From Ostrea edulis (taxonomy: Eukaryota): a DNA stretch of 64,000 bases. Location: contig NC_079168.1 in assembly GCF_947568905.1 (NCBI RefSeq), positions 32,736,001 to 32,800,000 of the forward strand, given 5' to 3'. A model generated the notes under the pieces. That model did not search any database. It had not been told where the DNA came from and worked only from the letters and a program-made list of their open reading frames with translations. The first letter of the stretch is position 1. Each line of letters begins with the position of its first letter. Shown in pieces: positions 12,436-24,000 of the stretch. Made by a program: the position numbers and the translations under genes.

Positions 12436-12779
12436 AGAAAACAATTTGTTGAAATATTCATTACTTTATTACTGTGTTGTGCTGCTTGCACAGAATTTTA
12501 AAAAAAATTCACAAATTAAATTAAACCAAAAAAAACAGCCTGATTGACAGAGACCTACATTTCATACTTGAAGAAAAACAAATTACTCTATTAACAAACA
12601 AATTACTACATCTTCAATAGATGGTAAGCTTATAATGATAATTTATGAGCCCTTACTTTCATATTTCAATTAATTGCATCATAGGGCCACATTCTAGAAC
12701 AAAATAAGAAGTGCACATGCAGGCACACAGCCAGGAGTATATGGATTTCCCATAATGGTTGTCATTTTTGGAAATGTTA

Positions 12780-13944
12780 TCACCTTTGAATTAGAACGCT
12801 TTGTCCGATATAGTATTGCGTTATGTGACGACACAATTGAATCTGTTTGTAATACAATTGCGAAATGCAACAGAAACTCTCATTGGTCCATATGTATAAG
12901 TCCGCCCAAATTCCCTTATACGGGAGTAGTCAGCATTTGAAAACACGACGGCCAGATGGAAACAAACTTCAAAGGAAGAAAGAGAAGAAGTTGTATTCTT
13001 GTGTTGTTGTCTTATAAATTTAATATAAAAAAAATCCTAACATATTTTCCTACTATACTTGTGTCCAAACATACCTTCAAATATTTATTAAAGCCCCATA
13101 CGACCCAAAAAACTCACAGCTTTTGATTTCGTTGACGTAACCATGTTAGGTAGCCAGTCAATTCGAATCCCGGTTCATTTCCATACTAGCACAAAAGCGT
13201 CTAGATGTGTACTAATACCCCACAAATATTTTAAATAATATATCATCCCAGTTCCATTAAATGATAATTATTCAAATAGCTAAACTCACGGCAATGCGGC
13301 TTTCATTAGTCTGGGCGGCCGCGCCGGCCGGTCTCCATCTAAAGGGCTTATGTAGCATTTTCGTTAATCAAGAGCTTATTTTACCTTTACAAAAACTATA
13401 TGTTTTAATTATTCGTGTTGATAATAAATGAAAGCGAATACATAACTTACAACCAATTTTATGAATAGATACCAATAGCAACAGAGTTCGAATTGACCGG
13501 TTACCTAACATGGCTACGTCAACAAACGAAATCATTTGAAGCTGTGAGTTTTCGGGTCGTGTGTGTCTTTAATGAATATATGTTTGGACACAAGTATAGT
13601 AGGAAAATATGAAGATTTTTTAAATATTGAATTTACGAGACAGCAACAAAAGAATACACCAATATTAGGCCTCAACCGTGCGCAGCTTTTTGTGAACCGT
13701 AAATCGAAGATTTTTATAAAAGGTGGATCTGTAGCTCTCTGTTCCGTCATAATATTTTTTTCAGAGAGCTACAGTTTTCCAGTTAATAATTTTCTAGTCC
13801 GTCCACCTGAATTCGCTCGAGAAAGTGGGCGGGCTGTAAACGGCCAATGAAAACATGTCATTCAAACTGTTCAATCGTCTCATTCAATTGTGTCGTCACA
13901 CAACGCAATACTATATCGGGTAAAGCGTTCTAATTCAAAGGTGA
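12780..13944. mobile_element. Foldback-type non-autonomous DNA element with long inverted repeats
   Basis: ~63-bp TIRs (tcacctttgaattagaacgcttt...) and inner inverted arms ~12990-13195 / ~13490-13660. Absent from sister units (aaatgttaaagg), probable TA TSD. Confidence 0.75.
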
Positions 13945-14378
13945 ATTGCGATAAAGGATTTTATTCCTAACTATATGAAATAAGAGCTTTGATAGAAACA
14001 GATTGTGGGTAAAAATAAATACCCCAATAACATAACTACTAAAGATAAATAAAAATAATTAATTTTCCAATAATTTTTATTGGATAGCATTAAACAATTT
14101 TTAATGCAGTGTGCAAATGCACCCCTCTGCTTAAAAGGGTTTGTACTATTCTCTCTCTCTCTCTCTCTTGCACTCTCTTTCTGAAATTTTTTCCAATGGA
14201 GTCTAATTTTTCAGTCTCACAGTACCAATATATTAAACTCCCCATCCAAATGAATTGTGAAGTCACTTAACTGCAGATGATCGAGTGAGTGACTACCAGT
14301 CACAATGGTTCAGTGTAATTATTGATATTGCTCAGCGCTTCAACTCAAACGAAGTCAATTACAATCTATACAGTGTAA

Positions 14379-15066
14379 AGGAAGTGAACATGAAAATGTG
14401 ACAAAGGGTTTAAATTTGTCATTATAATGAATTCTGAAAATCATTAAGATGTAGCTTTCTTTAGTAGGGAGATATTTCATAAAGATTAATTAATTTTTTC
14501 AATCCTTGGGAGCTGCCATATTGAAAAAATTATTACCTCCCTGCTGGGTTATCTCTTAGCATCCACTAGAGGGCAACACTGATGCTGATGTCAGTAGGAC
14601 ACATTGTGCATTTTTGGCACATTGTAAGCATCAACGTTAAAATGTCATTAGCAGAAAGTGAATTAAATATGGGATATCAGTTTGAACCTGATGTTACAGA
14701 AGAAGAAATGGTTTCTCAGAATAATTTTTCATTACCAGCAATTGATTTTAATGAGAGAGGAATTATGTACATTCAAGGGGTGTCTTTGTTGTCATGAGTT
14801 TGAACATTTTGTGTCAGATTACATGGATATACACATAAAGTGCGGTTCTCTAAACCCATATTTTGACATGGTGTGTCCAATTCCTGTTATAATTGATACA
14901 GCTTACATTTATCCATGGATTTATGTATCCAGAGAGGAAGGGTCTCAGATGACTTTGATAACAACTTGTTAAACAAGTAAGAAAAACACGAAAATGAAAT
15001 ATACCTTCTGTATTCACATGTATTAAAATCTAAACATAACATGGCATTTGTGTGTAAATATTTCCA

Positions 15067-15110
<44 letters not shown>

Positions 15111-15923
15111 ATAGAATACAGTAACAATTCTGTTGCAGGCATGCTATCAAGATTTATGGCCTACAGACAGTTTATCAAATAGGTCAGACGCGATCAGCCT
15201 CTAGGGGAAATCAGAGTAGTTTTAATTTACTCTCATTTGTTGTGACATAAATTAAGGGAGCATTTCCTAAAGAGCACTGCAATTATAAAGGATTTCTTAA
15301 AACCTCAGACTTTGATACAGATTCTGAATAAGTAATTTTTATTAGTGTAAATAAATAATATAACTGTAAATTGCATCTCCGAAATTATCTGTGGTCCACG
15401 TACATCAATTATTATAAAATATATAATTTATATGCCTATATTGCAGTACTTTTATGACACAGTCACCTTAATTATCTCCAAATATTTTAAAATCTAATAA
15501 AATTAATTGATTTGGAATCTTGAAATATAACAGTACTAGTGCTTCTGAGTAAGTTCAGAAGTTGGAGTAGCTGGAGATATTTTGTGGGAGTGTTTTCTTC
15601 TTCTTTTTTTTTAATACATTGTAATTAGATTTGATTTCAATTCTTTTTGCTCCAAAACCTTATCCATCAATTCTAATGTGAATCCATAAATTTCTGCTGT
15701 ATAATAGTGACCCAGTCAACAACAGCAATGTGTCTCATCTACGTCAGAGCACAGATGCATACTGGGAAATAATGGATGACCTCCATAAACCTTTAACTTA
15801 GAGTTTTTAATTGATCAAATCTCGTAATAGGAACAAGCAAATTAGATTGAGGTCACACTATTCAGTTTCAGGAGGTCTTTTAAATTTATTATGCAACAAA
15901 TATTTTTTTCATGTTCACTTCCT
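14379..15923. mobile_element. Kolobok-like non-autonomous DNA transposon
   Basis: Perfect 18-bp TIR AGGAAGTGAACATGAAAA, TTAA-type TSD (gtaa/ttaa), empty site cagtttaaatacag in sister units. Decayed ORF pieces (GYQFEP; GCLCCHE..PYFDMVC) resemble the P2RX7-C-like accessory protein of Kolobok elements. Confidence 0.75.
15070..15106. repeat. (AC)n microsatellite
   Basis: Direct reading. Confidence 0.95.
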
Positions 15924-16022
15924 TTAAATACAGTTACTGACAAAAATAACAGTCTAAATGACGATGATAAATTATATGACAAAAATGATTAACTATAAAA
16001 CGATAATCTATATGACGATGAA

Positions 16023-16099
16023 TTATATGGGTGGTCTCTCAGACTCCAGCATGGTGGCGCTGTTGATGATTGCTGTGGTGGATATGATGAAGACGTAAC
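16023..16099 (-). CDS. VPS33B: VPS33B-like terminal coding exon, copy A (in-frame 6-nt deletion)
   Basis: ttgacAG|GT TAC GTC TTC... gives GYVFIISTTAIINSATMLESERPPI*, similar to the VPS33B C-terminus GYRFIFLTTAVTNSARLME. Confidence 0.8.
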
Positions 16100-16162
16100 C
16101 TGTCAACAGAGAAAATCGGTATTTTAGAACTGTAGTTAACTGTGACACGAAGGGAGAAAATG

Positions 16163-16237
16163 CAACGGACCAGACCGGGATTCAAATCCAGGCTCTTTAA
16201 ATCTCTGGTCAGGTGCTCTACAAACTGAGCTAGCTAA
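16163..16237 (-). mobile_element. tRNA-derived SINE head in the VPS33B-like last intron (copies ~24025, ~42477, ~50012, ~57825)
   Basis: Minus strand reads TAGCTCAGTTTGTAGAGCACCTGACC...GATTTGAATCCCGG (A box and degenerate B box). Confidence 0.65.
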
Positions 16238-16284
16238 CCTGTCTGACTCTCACAATACAAAGAAACTTTTCATTTACCCCTTAT

Positions 16285-16680
16285 GCAAACTAGATGTATC
16301 TGAGCGACATGAATAAGGACATGTCTAAGGGCCATAACTCTGTCAACAGTCATCCAACTGCCCCCATATACGTACTTGACAATGATGTATTTATATCCCA
16401 GATTTCAATTCAAAATGTCCCTGTATGATGGAGATAATGAATGGAAACTGAATTGTTAAAAACTTTTCAAAAGTCCAAGGGGTCCAACTTTTCCAATTTT
16501 AATCCACTAGAACAAAATACAAACTTGACCTGGATATTTTCAGGATGTAATCTATATACCAAATTTCATTTCAAAATATTCATGTATGACCAAAGTGATA
16601 AGCAGAGACTTTGAATTGTTTGAAATTTTCTTGACACAAGGGGCATAACGACAGGATGGAAATGGGTAACTATATATACA
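16285..16680. mobile_element. Old Helentron-like element with diverged internal repeats (copies ~24160, ~42600, ~50137, ~57950)
   Basis: aagggccataact / aacttgacct..gat repeat motifs typical of bivalve repeat-bearing non-autonomous elements. Classification by recognition only. Confidence 0.4.
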
Positions 16681-17551
16681 CACTAAAGTATATTATATAA
16701 TATGTATTGATTGTGGATCAGATCATCAAACGAAAGGGATGTGTCCTAATTCGCTCCCTAGAAAACATTGATTAGCAAGGCAGAACATGGTATTTGCAGG
16801 GTAAATAATTTTGTAGATTTAGTGTAGTTTTAGTGCTAGTGTTATTTGAGTGTCTTTAGCCATCTGATGAATTTAAAGAAAACACAATGTATGTTATATT
16901 ATTATTATTGTAAGTTATTTCATTTGTCCTGAGCAAGAGATGGGTCATTTCAAATACAGTAAAACACGGTTATAGCAAACCTTCAGGGCCAGCCAAAAAC
17001 AGTTCATTATAACCAAACTTCGTTATATCCAGTGAATTTTTCGTTATTTTCTTACCATAAGGGAATAGGTATTACTCCGCAATAAACGTTAATTCGTTAT
17101 AAACGTGTTTTACTGTACCTTAACTAATGTTTCAATGAACAGAAATCTCATCCATGTCTTAGAATAGAATTTCATCTGTAGTAACAAAACACAGTCTACT
17201 CTACTTATAATGAAGCCAACTATATTGAACTTACAGTTATATTGAAGTATAAATAAATCCCAAATAACATTATTTATATAGTTTAACATCGTTTATATTA
17301 AACTTTCAATATAATGAACACTTCAAGTTGTTCCCTGAATTTTAATTTATCTAGAGTAGACTGTATGCAAGACAAAATGCAAATGTACGTGTCAAACAAA
17401 CCAATCAATACCACAGTAATTACAAAGTAATCAGGATTTAGATCTCATATCAATTTATTACAGTTTACTAACAAAAATGCCAGGTTTAATCTGAAAGAAA
17501 TCTGTCTTTTTCATAAATGTGAGCTTTACAAATGTTAAAACTATTTCTCAC

Positions 17552-17662
17552 CTTGGAGTTTACCGAGGAATCGGAGGGCCGCTATTTCAGAGTGAGTACA
17601 ACCTCCCAAGAAATAGACGAGGACAACTTTACTGACCGGGCGATCTTGTCGTGCTGATTTAC
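17552..17662 (-). CDS. VPS33B: VPS33B-like penultimate coding exon, copy A
   Basis: 111 nt, phase 1-1, ttgacAG|...|GTGAG. Encodes KSARQDRPVSKVVLVYFLGGCTHSEIAALRFLGKLQG, containing the Sec1/Vps33 C-terminal motif FLGGCT.SEI.ALRFLG. Confidence 0.85.
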
Positions 17663-18104
17663 CTGTCAAGTCAATAACAAAATTATCACAAATCTACCAT
17701 GCCACAAGGAATACTAGTCCTAAGGAAATGTATTTTACATTTGTTTCTCTTGACAACTGTGCTTATTTTTATTTAGTATGGTTTACTGTAGACCTGGTAA
17801 TTCAGAAATACATTCCTTTTATAAAGAATTGCGATGTAAATGTTTTTCTCCTTTCAAGAATTTTCCCAAGAATGGAAATATTGACATTTTTATATTAGAT
17901 GAAATTTCTTCATCTACCTTAAAATCCAAAATTACAAGATACACAGTACCAAGGTATAACTGTTGCCAAGTTTGAACCTGGAAGATAGAATAATCAGTAA
18001 ATTTCAAATTTCCTATTTTTCATGTTATACAAAAATAATGAAAGTTGTGATATTGGAGCGAACACGCGAATATCGCATACATACAGTCATGTGACATACA
18101 TTTA

Positions 18105-18180
18105 CACACAGTACATACATGAGGTGCAACACACACAGTACATATATATGAGGTACCACACACAGTACATACATGAGGAT
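18105..18180. repeat. ~22-26-bp minisatellite (cacacacagtacatacatgaggt), short form (also ~44435, ~52012, ~59797)
   Basis: Direct reading. Confidence 0.85.
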
Positions 18181-18370
18181 ATCCCATGAAAGCTCACGTG
18201 CTTATTTCCAATGGGAAATGAACGAATTTTCTTTTTGGTTGTTGGTTACTTCGGAACAAAGACATGCAATCATTGTATAGGTCTCTAATACAATATGCCT
18301 AAAACATTGAAAACGAAATTAGAATCTCGTGGATGCATATATAAGTATATACTGAAATAAATAGTAAACA

Positions 18371-18400
18371 ATGCAAGGTGAAGATAACGAACAGTGATAC
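18371..18400 (-). mobile_element. ~30-bp extreme 3' stub of the Penelope-like element (also ~44730, ~52304, ~60063)
   Basis: caatgcaaggtgaagataacgaacagtgat is the reverse complement of the element end atcactgttcgttatcttcaccttgca. It replaces accatcacatacaat seen at ~6950 and ~28787. Confidence 0.7.
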
Positions 18401-19220
18401 ATTGGTCACATGAAATATTTTCCCAACTGATTTCTCGTCATCATCTTATATACATGTACAGTGTCGTGCCATATTTTACTATATACAATGTAATTCATTG
18501 AAAACAACCACTTTTCTAAATCCTTTTTTATAAACTTATCAATATTCCATTATACTAAGTTTTACACCATTAACATCTACAGTTTGTGGTTTTAGTGTCT
18601 TACCCACAAAACAACTGTACACATATCATATGAATGTAAGAACACCACACTCAAGGTTTTCGTTTAACTCTTATATACAAAGGATTATATAAAGAAATGA
18701 AATGCTAAAAGTTGATGTTAAAGTTTCTTTGGTCATATTTCTGTAATTGTTAGTAAAAGAACTCAGAATGATTGCTTAAACAAAGAATATTTTTCAATTT
18801 AGCGAACATGAAAGTTGACACATTTATGGCACCACTCTGTACATCAGTCCTATATTGTCTGTTCTTTGAATGGGTTTTCTTTCCCCAGCAAAACCTATTT
18901 TATCCCATGTATTTTTTCTTCAGCTTGGAATGGCGGTTTTTGTATCCATTAAAACTGATTTTATCCCATGTATCATTTTTTAAGTTGTGTTTTCATCTTT
19001 GTTGTATCTTCACTAGATAAAGGTTTTTTGTCCACTACGCTCCCCATAAAACCCTTGGCTAGTGAAGATGCCTTTGTACAGCCCAAAATGTGAGTGTAAG
19101 GAACGATAACTCTGGGTAGCTAGCTACAGTGAATAATTATATCGGACTCAAAATTACAAATTGATTTCAAACAGTTCAACTTTCGTTTTGATTTCGTGCT
19201 AAAGCATGATTTAGGACGTT

Positions 19221-19748
19221 ATGGCCACTGTCACTTCAAACACCCATTCTGATATGACGGTATGTTCTATTTGTTTGGAACGTTACAAATCACCAAGGTA
19301 TTTACTGTGCACACACACTTTCTGTCATCCGTGTCTACTGTCACACATCAAGTCGTCGTGTGCGCACTGCAGTCTACCGCTCGGATTTCCATGTCCACTG
19401 TGTAGAACGTTCGTCTTCGCGCCTGGTAATGTTGGCCAGTTCACTCCAGAAGAATGGGCTGACAGATTTCCAGAAAACCGATTTATGAGTTCCGTTACAA
19501 ATAAATGCGAGCCTTGTAACATTGATGGAGACGACAAACCTGCTAGTGGTTGGTGCAGAGACTGCTCCGAGGCTTTGTGCGAGGAGTGTCTTCAGTGGCA
19601 CAAAAAATTCAAACGTTCTAGAAATCATGAAATAGTTCCTTTCACTGAAGGCGCTATTCCTTCTACTTCTACCTCCTCACTAGACATGTGCGAGGATCAC
19701 GAGGGGCGAAAAATTGAAATGTTTTGTCACTTCAAACATCCATTGTGA
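19221..19748 (+). pseudogene. Truncated TRIM ORF (RING, B-box1, partial B-box2), 5' part of a frameshifted chimeric locus
   Basis: 175 aa; follows the 60916-type sequence to ...IEMFC, then reads out of frame HFKHPL* after the junction at 19727/19728. Confidence 0.85.
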
Positions 19749-21588
19749 TTTGACAGTCTGTTCTATTTATTTGGAACATTACAAATCACCAAGGTATTTA
19801 CCGTGCACACACACTTTCTGTCATCCGTGTCTACTGTCACACATCAAGTCGTCGTGTGCGGACTGCAGTCTACCGCTCGGATTTTCATGTCCGCTGTGTC
19901 GAACGTTCGTCTCCGCGCCTGGTAATGTTGGCCAGTTCACTCCAGAAGAATGGGCAGGCAGATTTCCAGAAAACCGATTTATGAGCTCTGTTGCAAATCA
20001 ATGCGAGCCTTGTGACATTGATGGAGACGACAAACCTGCTAGTGGTTGGTGCAGAGACTGCTCCGAGGCCTTGTGCGAGGAGTGTCTTCAGTGGCACAAA
20101 AAATTCAAACCTTCTAGAAATCATGAAATAGTTCCTCTCACTGAAGGGGCTATTCCTTCTACTTCTACCCCATTACTGGACATGTGCGAGGATCATGAGG
20201 GGCGAAAAATTGAAATGTTTTGTGAAAGTCATCTCGCACCATGTTGTGTCCTCTGTGTTACAACAGAACACGGTAAATGTAAAAGCATTTGTTCGATAGA
20301 GGAAGCGACCGATAAAGTAATAAAACCTGGGAAAGTAAAACGCTTGCGAGATGATGTCGATCGACTTGAAGTCATGTTAGAAAAGGTTATTACTGAAGAG
20401 AGAGCCAACATCCAAGAAATCGAAGATGTAGCCGACAAGTTAGGGGAAGAAATTTCGGGAGCGAAAGCAGCCATTATTGAAACTGTAACAAAGCTGGAAG
20501 AACAACATTTAAACGAAGTAGGAAAAGCAACCAAAGATGCTAAAGCAAAGCTTCAAAAATCAATCAACAATTTCGAACAGAGGCAATGTTATCTTCGCCA
20601 TTGGAAAGAAATATTCGGGAAAAATTTATTGACTGATGGGTCACTAAAAACAATTGTCGCATTGTCTTATACCAAAATGGAACGAATATTTCAAACTTTG
20701 AGAGAAATGGAAATGTCTCAGCTCAGATTTGGAATTCAAGCCAAGATACAAGATGACGTTAAGAAATTGATGAAGTTACCTTTGCTTGCAGAAATTACCA
20801 CAAATGAACAAAAAAGCCCTGTAATGCTAGATGAAATTGATATAGAAAATGCTGAAATCAACGTGATTTCTGAATTTACGATTGATGGTGCTAGTTTTAC
20901 AGGAGGGGTTTATCTCCAGAATGGGGAATTAGTACTGGCTGATAATATAAACAAGAAACTCGTTCACTGTAGAACAGATGGGGAGATTCTGAGAAAGATG
21001 CCTCTGCGAGGTTCTCCTTGGGATATTTGTGTCAACGAAGAAAATGATATTTATGTAACACTTCCAAAAAAAAAAGAAAAAGTTTTGGTTATTAGTATTG
21101 ATACATTCAACACAACAAAAACTGTTGAAGTTGATATTGAGTGCCGTGGAATAACACAGTCAGGCAACACTATTGCATTAGGTTCTATAAATGTTCTAGA
21201 AGTATTAAGTGCGGGTTTTCGAAAATGTAGGAGTTCAAGCGATGTAAAAGGATTGTACGATGTAGCAGTAGATATGGAAGAAAATATCATTTATTCGAGT
21301 TACTCCAAACACAAAGTCTGGAAACAGGACAGAGAAGGAAATGTCTTGTTCACATACAGTGATACAGAATTACAACATCCATACGGATTAACAGTGGACA
21401 GGATTGGGAATATATATTTGAATGGTAACAGCAGCAACAATATACACATACTCTCACAGACCGGTAAAAAGTTAAGAATTCTGAATGACGTGAGGGAGCC
21501 ACAATGTATTAAATTCCAGGAGAACACGCACAGATTCTTTGTCGGTGAGGCAGGGGGACGGGTGAAAATATTTGAATTTATTGCATGA
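19714..21588 (+). pseudogene. Downstream TRIM reading frame with no natural start (RING C->Y; first in-frame ATG at 19981 would give a RING-less protein)
   Basis: The track start at 19714 is TTG. Sequence resumes at nt 12 of a 34910-type CDS (CSIY, LGFS, PLLDM) and continues as 60916-type (ERAN, NNFEQ, ASFTGG, DNINKK). Confidence 0.8.
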
Positions 21589-22321
21589 AACTTTCACCGA
21601 GTGATTGCTGAAATGAAAGTTGAAGGTCTCCTTCTGAATTTTGGTTTGAAGTCAAAAGACAGAAAGACAATAACATGCATATTTTTTCTTCTTTCAATTG
21701 ATCATACTGTATTTACTCATTTGATATATAAAACGGAAATAAAATTATAGACAAAATTTTCTTACTTTATTCTAATGAGATATGTTTTATCTCGGAAGTT
21801 CATTTGAATGTAAGGAATTAGGCCCCCCTCAGTCATTCAGGTGACCTATTGCTATTGTTCTGCATCCACCATCATCCATTGCATTTTGAACTTCTTGATA
21901 GCTACCGGATAAACCTTCCAATTCTTTTGAAATTTTGTATATGAAGCACCTTAGGGATGGAGTGGCATAAACTGCAAGTTTCAGGACTCCTGCACCCCCG
22001 GCCACTTGGGGACAAAACTACCATAAATTGACCAATTTGCAAGTCCTCTCTACAACTGCACACGTGCAAGAAAAACTGCATAGTTATGTAGGGCAGGAAT
22101 TCGAGGCTTCTACTAAAATTGTAAATTTCATGATCTCTGGGGTAGGGGTTCTGACTCTAGGGCAGGGCCAAGTTAAATAGAACCAACTTGTATGTACTAC
22201 ACCATAAGTTTATAGGTTCTTTACATCTTCCTATGCACAAAAAACAAGTAACATTTTCTAATATAAAAAATCTGTTTTTTAAAATATTCATTACTTTATT
22301 ATTGTGTTTTATTGTGCTGCT

Positions 22322-23061
22322 GAGAGAAAAAATCTCTCGATGTGGCCTTCAATTCGACATTTCGATATATCGATGACGTTTTGTCTATTAACAATAATAA
22401 CTTTCATTCATATGTCGATTTGATATATCCCTGTGAGCTCGAAATAAAGGACACCACAGAGTCGTCCATTTCTGCTTCATACTTAGATATTTTATTGAAA
22501 GTAGACATTAACGGCAAACTTATAACTCAACTGTATGACAAACGGGATGATTTCAGCTTCTCCATCAACTTCCCATATTTATGTAGCAATATTCCATTAT
22601 CACCTGCATATGGTGTTCATATATCTCAACTGATTCGATATGCAAGAGCTTGTTCTGCGTATAGTCAGTTTTTAAATCGAGGCAAGCTACTGACAAACAA
22701 TTTGATGGTACAGGGGTTTCAACAGTCTCGATTGAAGTCAGCATTTCGCAAATTCTATGGTCGTTATAACGATCCCGTGCGTCAATACAACCTATCATTG
22801 GGTCAAATACTGTCTGACGTGTTTCATACGGATTGTTAAGCCGTTCCTGGCACACTGATTTTGACTGCGGATAACTCCGTTTACCTGATCAGGATATAGG
22901 GCTCACGGCGGTTGTGACCGGTCAACAGGGGATGATTACTCCTCCTAGGCATCTGATCCCACCTCTGGTATGTCCAGGAGGTCCGTGTTTGCCCAACTAT
23001 CTATTCTGTATTGCTTATAGGAGTTATGAGATTGATCACTGTTCGTTATCTTCACCTTGCA
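22322..23061 (+). mobile_element. 5'-truncated Penelope-like retroelement (RT C-terminus and 3' UTR; resembles the Naiad/Chlamys type)
   Basis: FRYIDD, SYLD and LYDKRDDF..NFP..SNIP..AYG..SQLIRYARAC motifs. ORF stops at 22839 with no downstream endonuclease; no TSD; 3' end cttgca coincides with the target sequence. Confidence 0.75.
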
Positions 23062-23544
23062 CAGCATTTTTGAAAGTTTTACAATCAAACTAAAAAACAG
23101 TTTGATAAACATAAACCTGCATCTCACACTTGAAGAAAAACAATTAAAACAACTTACAATTGATGTTAAACTTATAATGATGATTTATAAGTCATTACTT
23201 TCATATTTCAATTGATTGCATCATAGGGCCACATTCTAGAAAATAACAAGTACATAACATATGCAGGCACAGAGCCAGGAGTATTCAGAGGGATGTATGA
23301 ATCCTTTGGATTTCCCATAATGGGTGCCATTTTTGGAAATGTTAAGGGTTTTGATCCCTAACTATATGAATAAAAGCCTTCATAGAAAACAGATTGAGGA
23401 TAAAATTGTACACCCCAATAGCATACTATTAATGGTAACTACAGATAAATATATATACTATTTTCCAATATTTTTATTGGATAGTGTTAAACACTTTTCA
23501 AAGCAGAGTATGAATGCACCCCTCTCCTTAAAAGGGCTTGTGCG

Positions 23545-23547
<3 letters not shown>

Positions 23548-23602
<55 letters not shown>
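23548..23602. repeat. (CT)n microsatellite
   Basis: Direct reading; shorter at ~14150 and ~57362. Confidence 0.95.
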
Positions 23603-23606
<4 letters not shown>

Positions 23607-23714
23607 ACTCTCTTTCTGGAATTTATTTTGCAATCGTGAGTCCAACTTTTCAGTCAGTACCAATATATTAATTTCCCTGTTCAAATGAATTGTGAAGTCA
23701 CTTAACTGGAGTTA

Positions 23715-24000
23715 AATCACTGAATAACTACCAGTCACAATGGTTCAGTAACTGTAGATAAATCACTGAGTAACTACAGTCACAATGGTTCAGTAACTGT
23801 AGATAAATCACTGAGTCACTACCAGTCACAATGGTTCAGTAACTGTAGATAAATCACTGAGTCACTACCAGTCACAATGGTTCAGTAACAGTACATAAAT
23901 CACTGAGTAACTACAGTCACAATGGTTCAGTAACTGTAGATAAATCACTGAGTCACTACCAGTCACAATGGTTCAGTAACTGTAGATAAATCACTGAGTG
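23715..24000. repeat. ~46-bp minisatellite (aaatcactgagtcactaccagtcacaatggttcagtaactgtagat), ~6 copies
   Basis: Direct tandem repeats; ~3 copies at 49545-49685 and a single unit in other repeats. Confidence 0.9.

Noticed and set aside
17552-17662. Assignment of the exons to VPS33A
   Set aside because: GGCT.SEI..LRFLG and GY.FI..TTA..NS fit VPS33B better than the VPS33A pattern (GGVT.AEI..LRFLS, TTKL.NG) as I recall them; needs a phylogenetic check.
17778-19020. Repeated 60-80 aa ORFs (MVYCR..., MLKQRIFF...) in several units
   Set aside because: Shared only because the DNA is duplicated. They are frameshifted or truncated in other copies, and several use non-ATG starts.
19714-19716. 624-aa ORF as an independent intact gene
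   Set aside because: The start is TTG taken from the upstream copy's sequence, the true ATG was lost at the junction, and there is no separate promoter. Non-ATG starts at 22342, 28910, 38803 and 39083 are likewise ORF-caller artefacts.
22840-23061. Hammerhead or HDV-like ribozyme in the Penelope-like 3' UTR
   Set aside because: I found no CUGANGA/GAAA core on either strand, and the hairpins lack the GG needed for the HDV P1.1 pairing. Kept only as unexplained structure.
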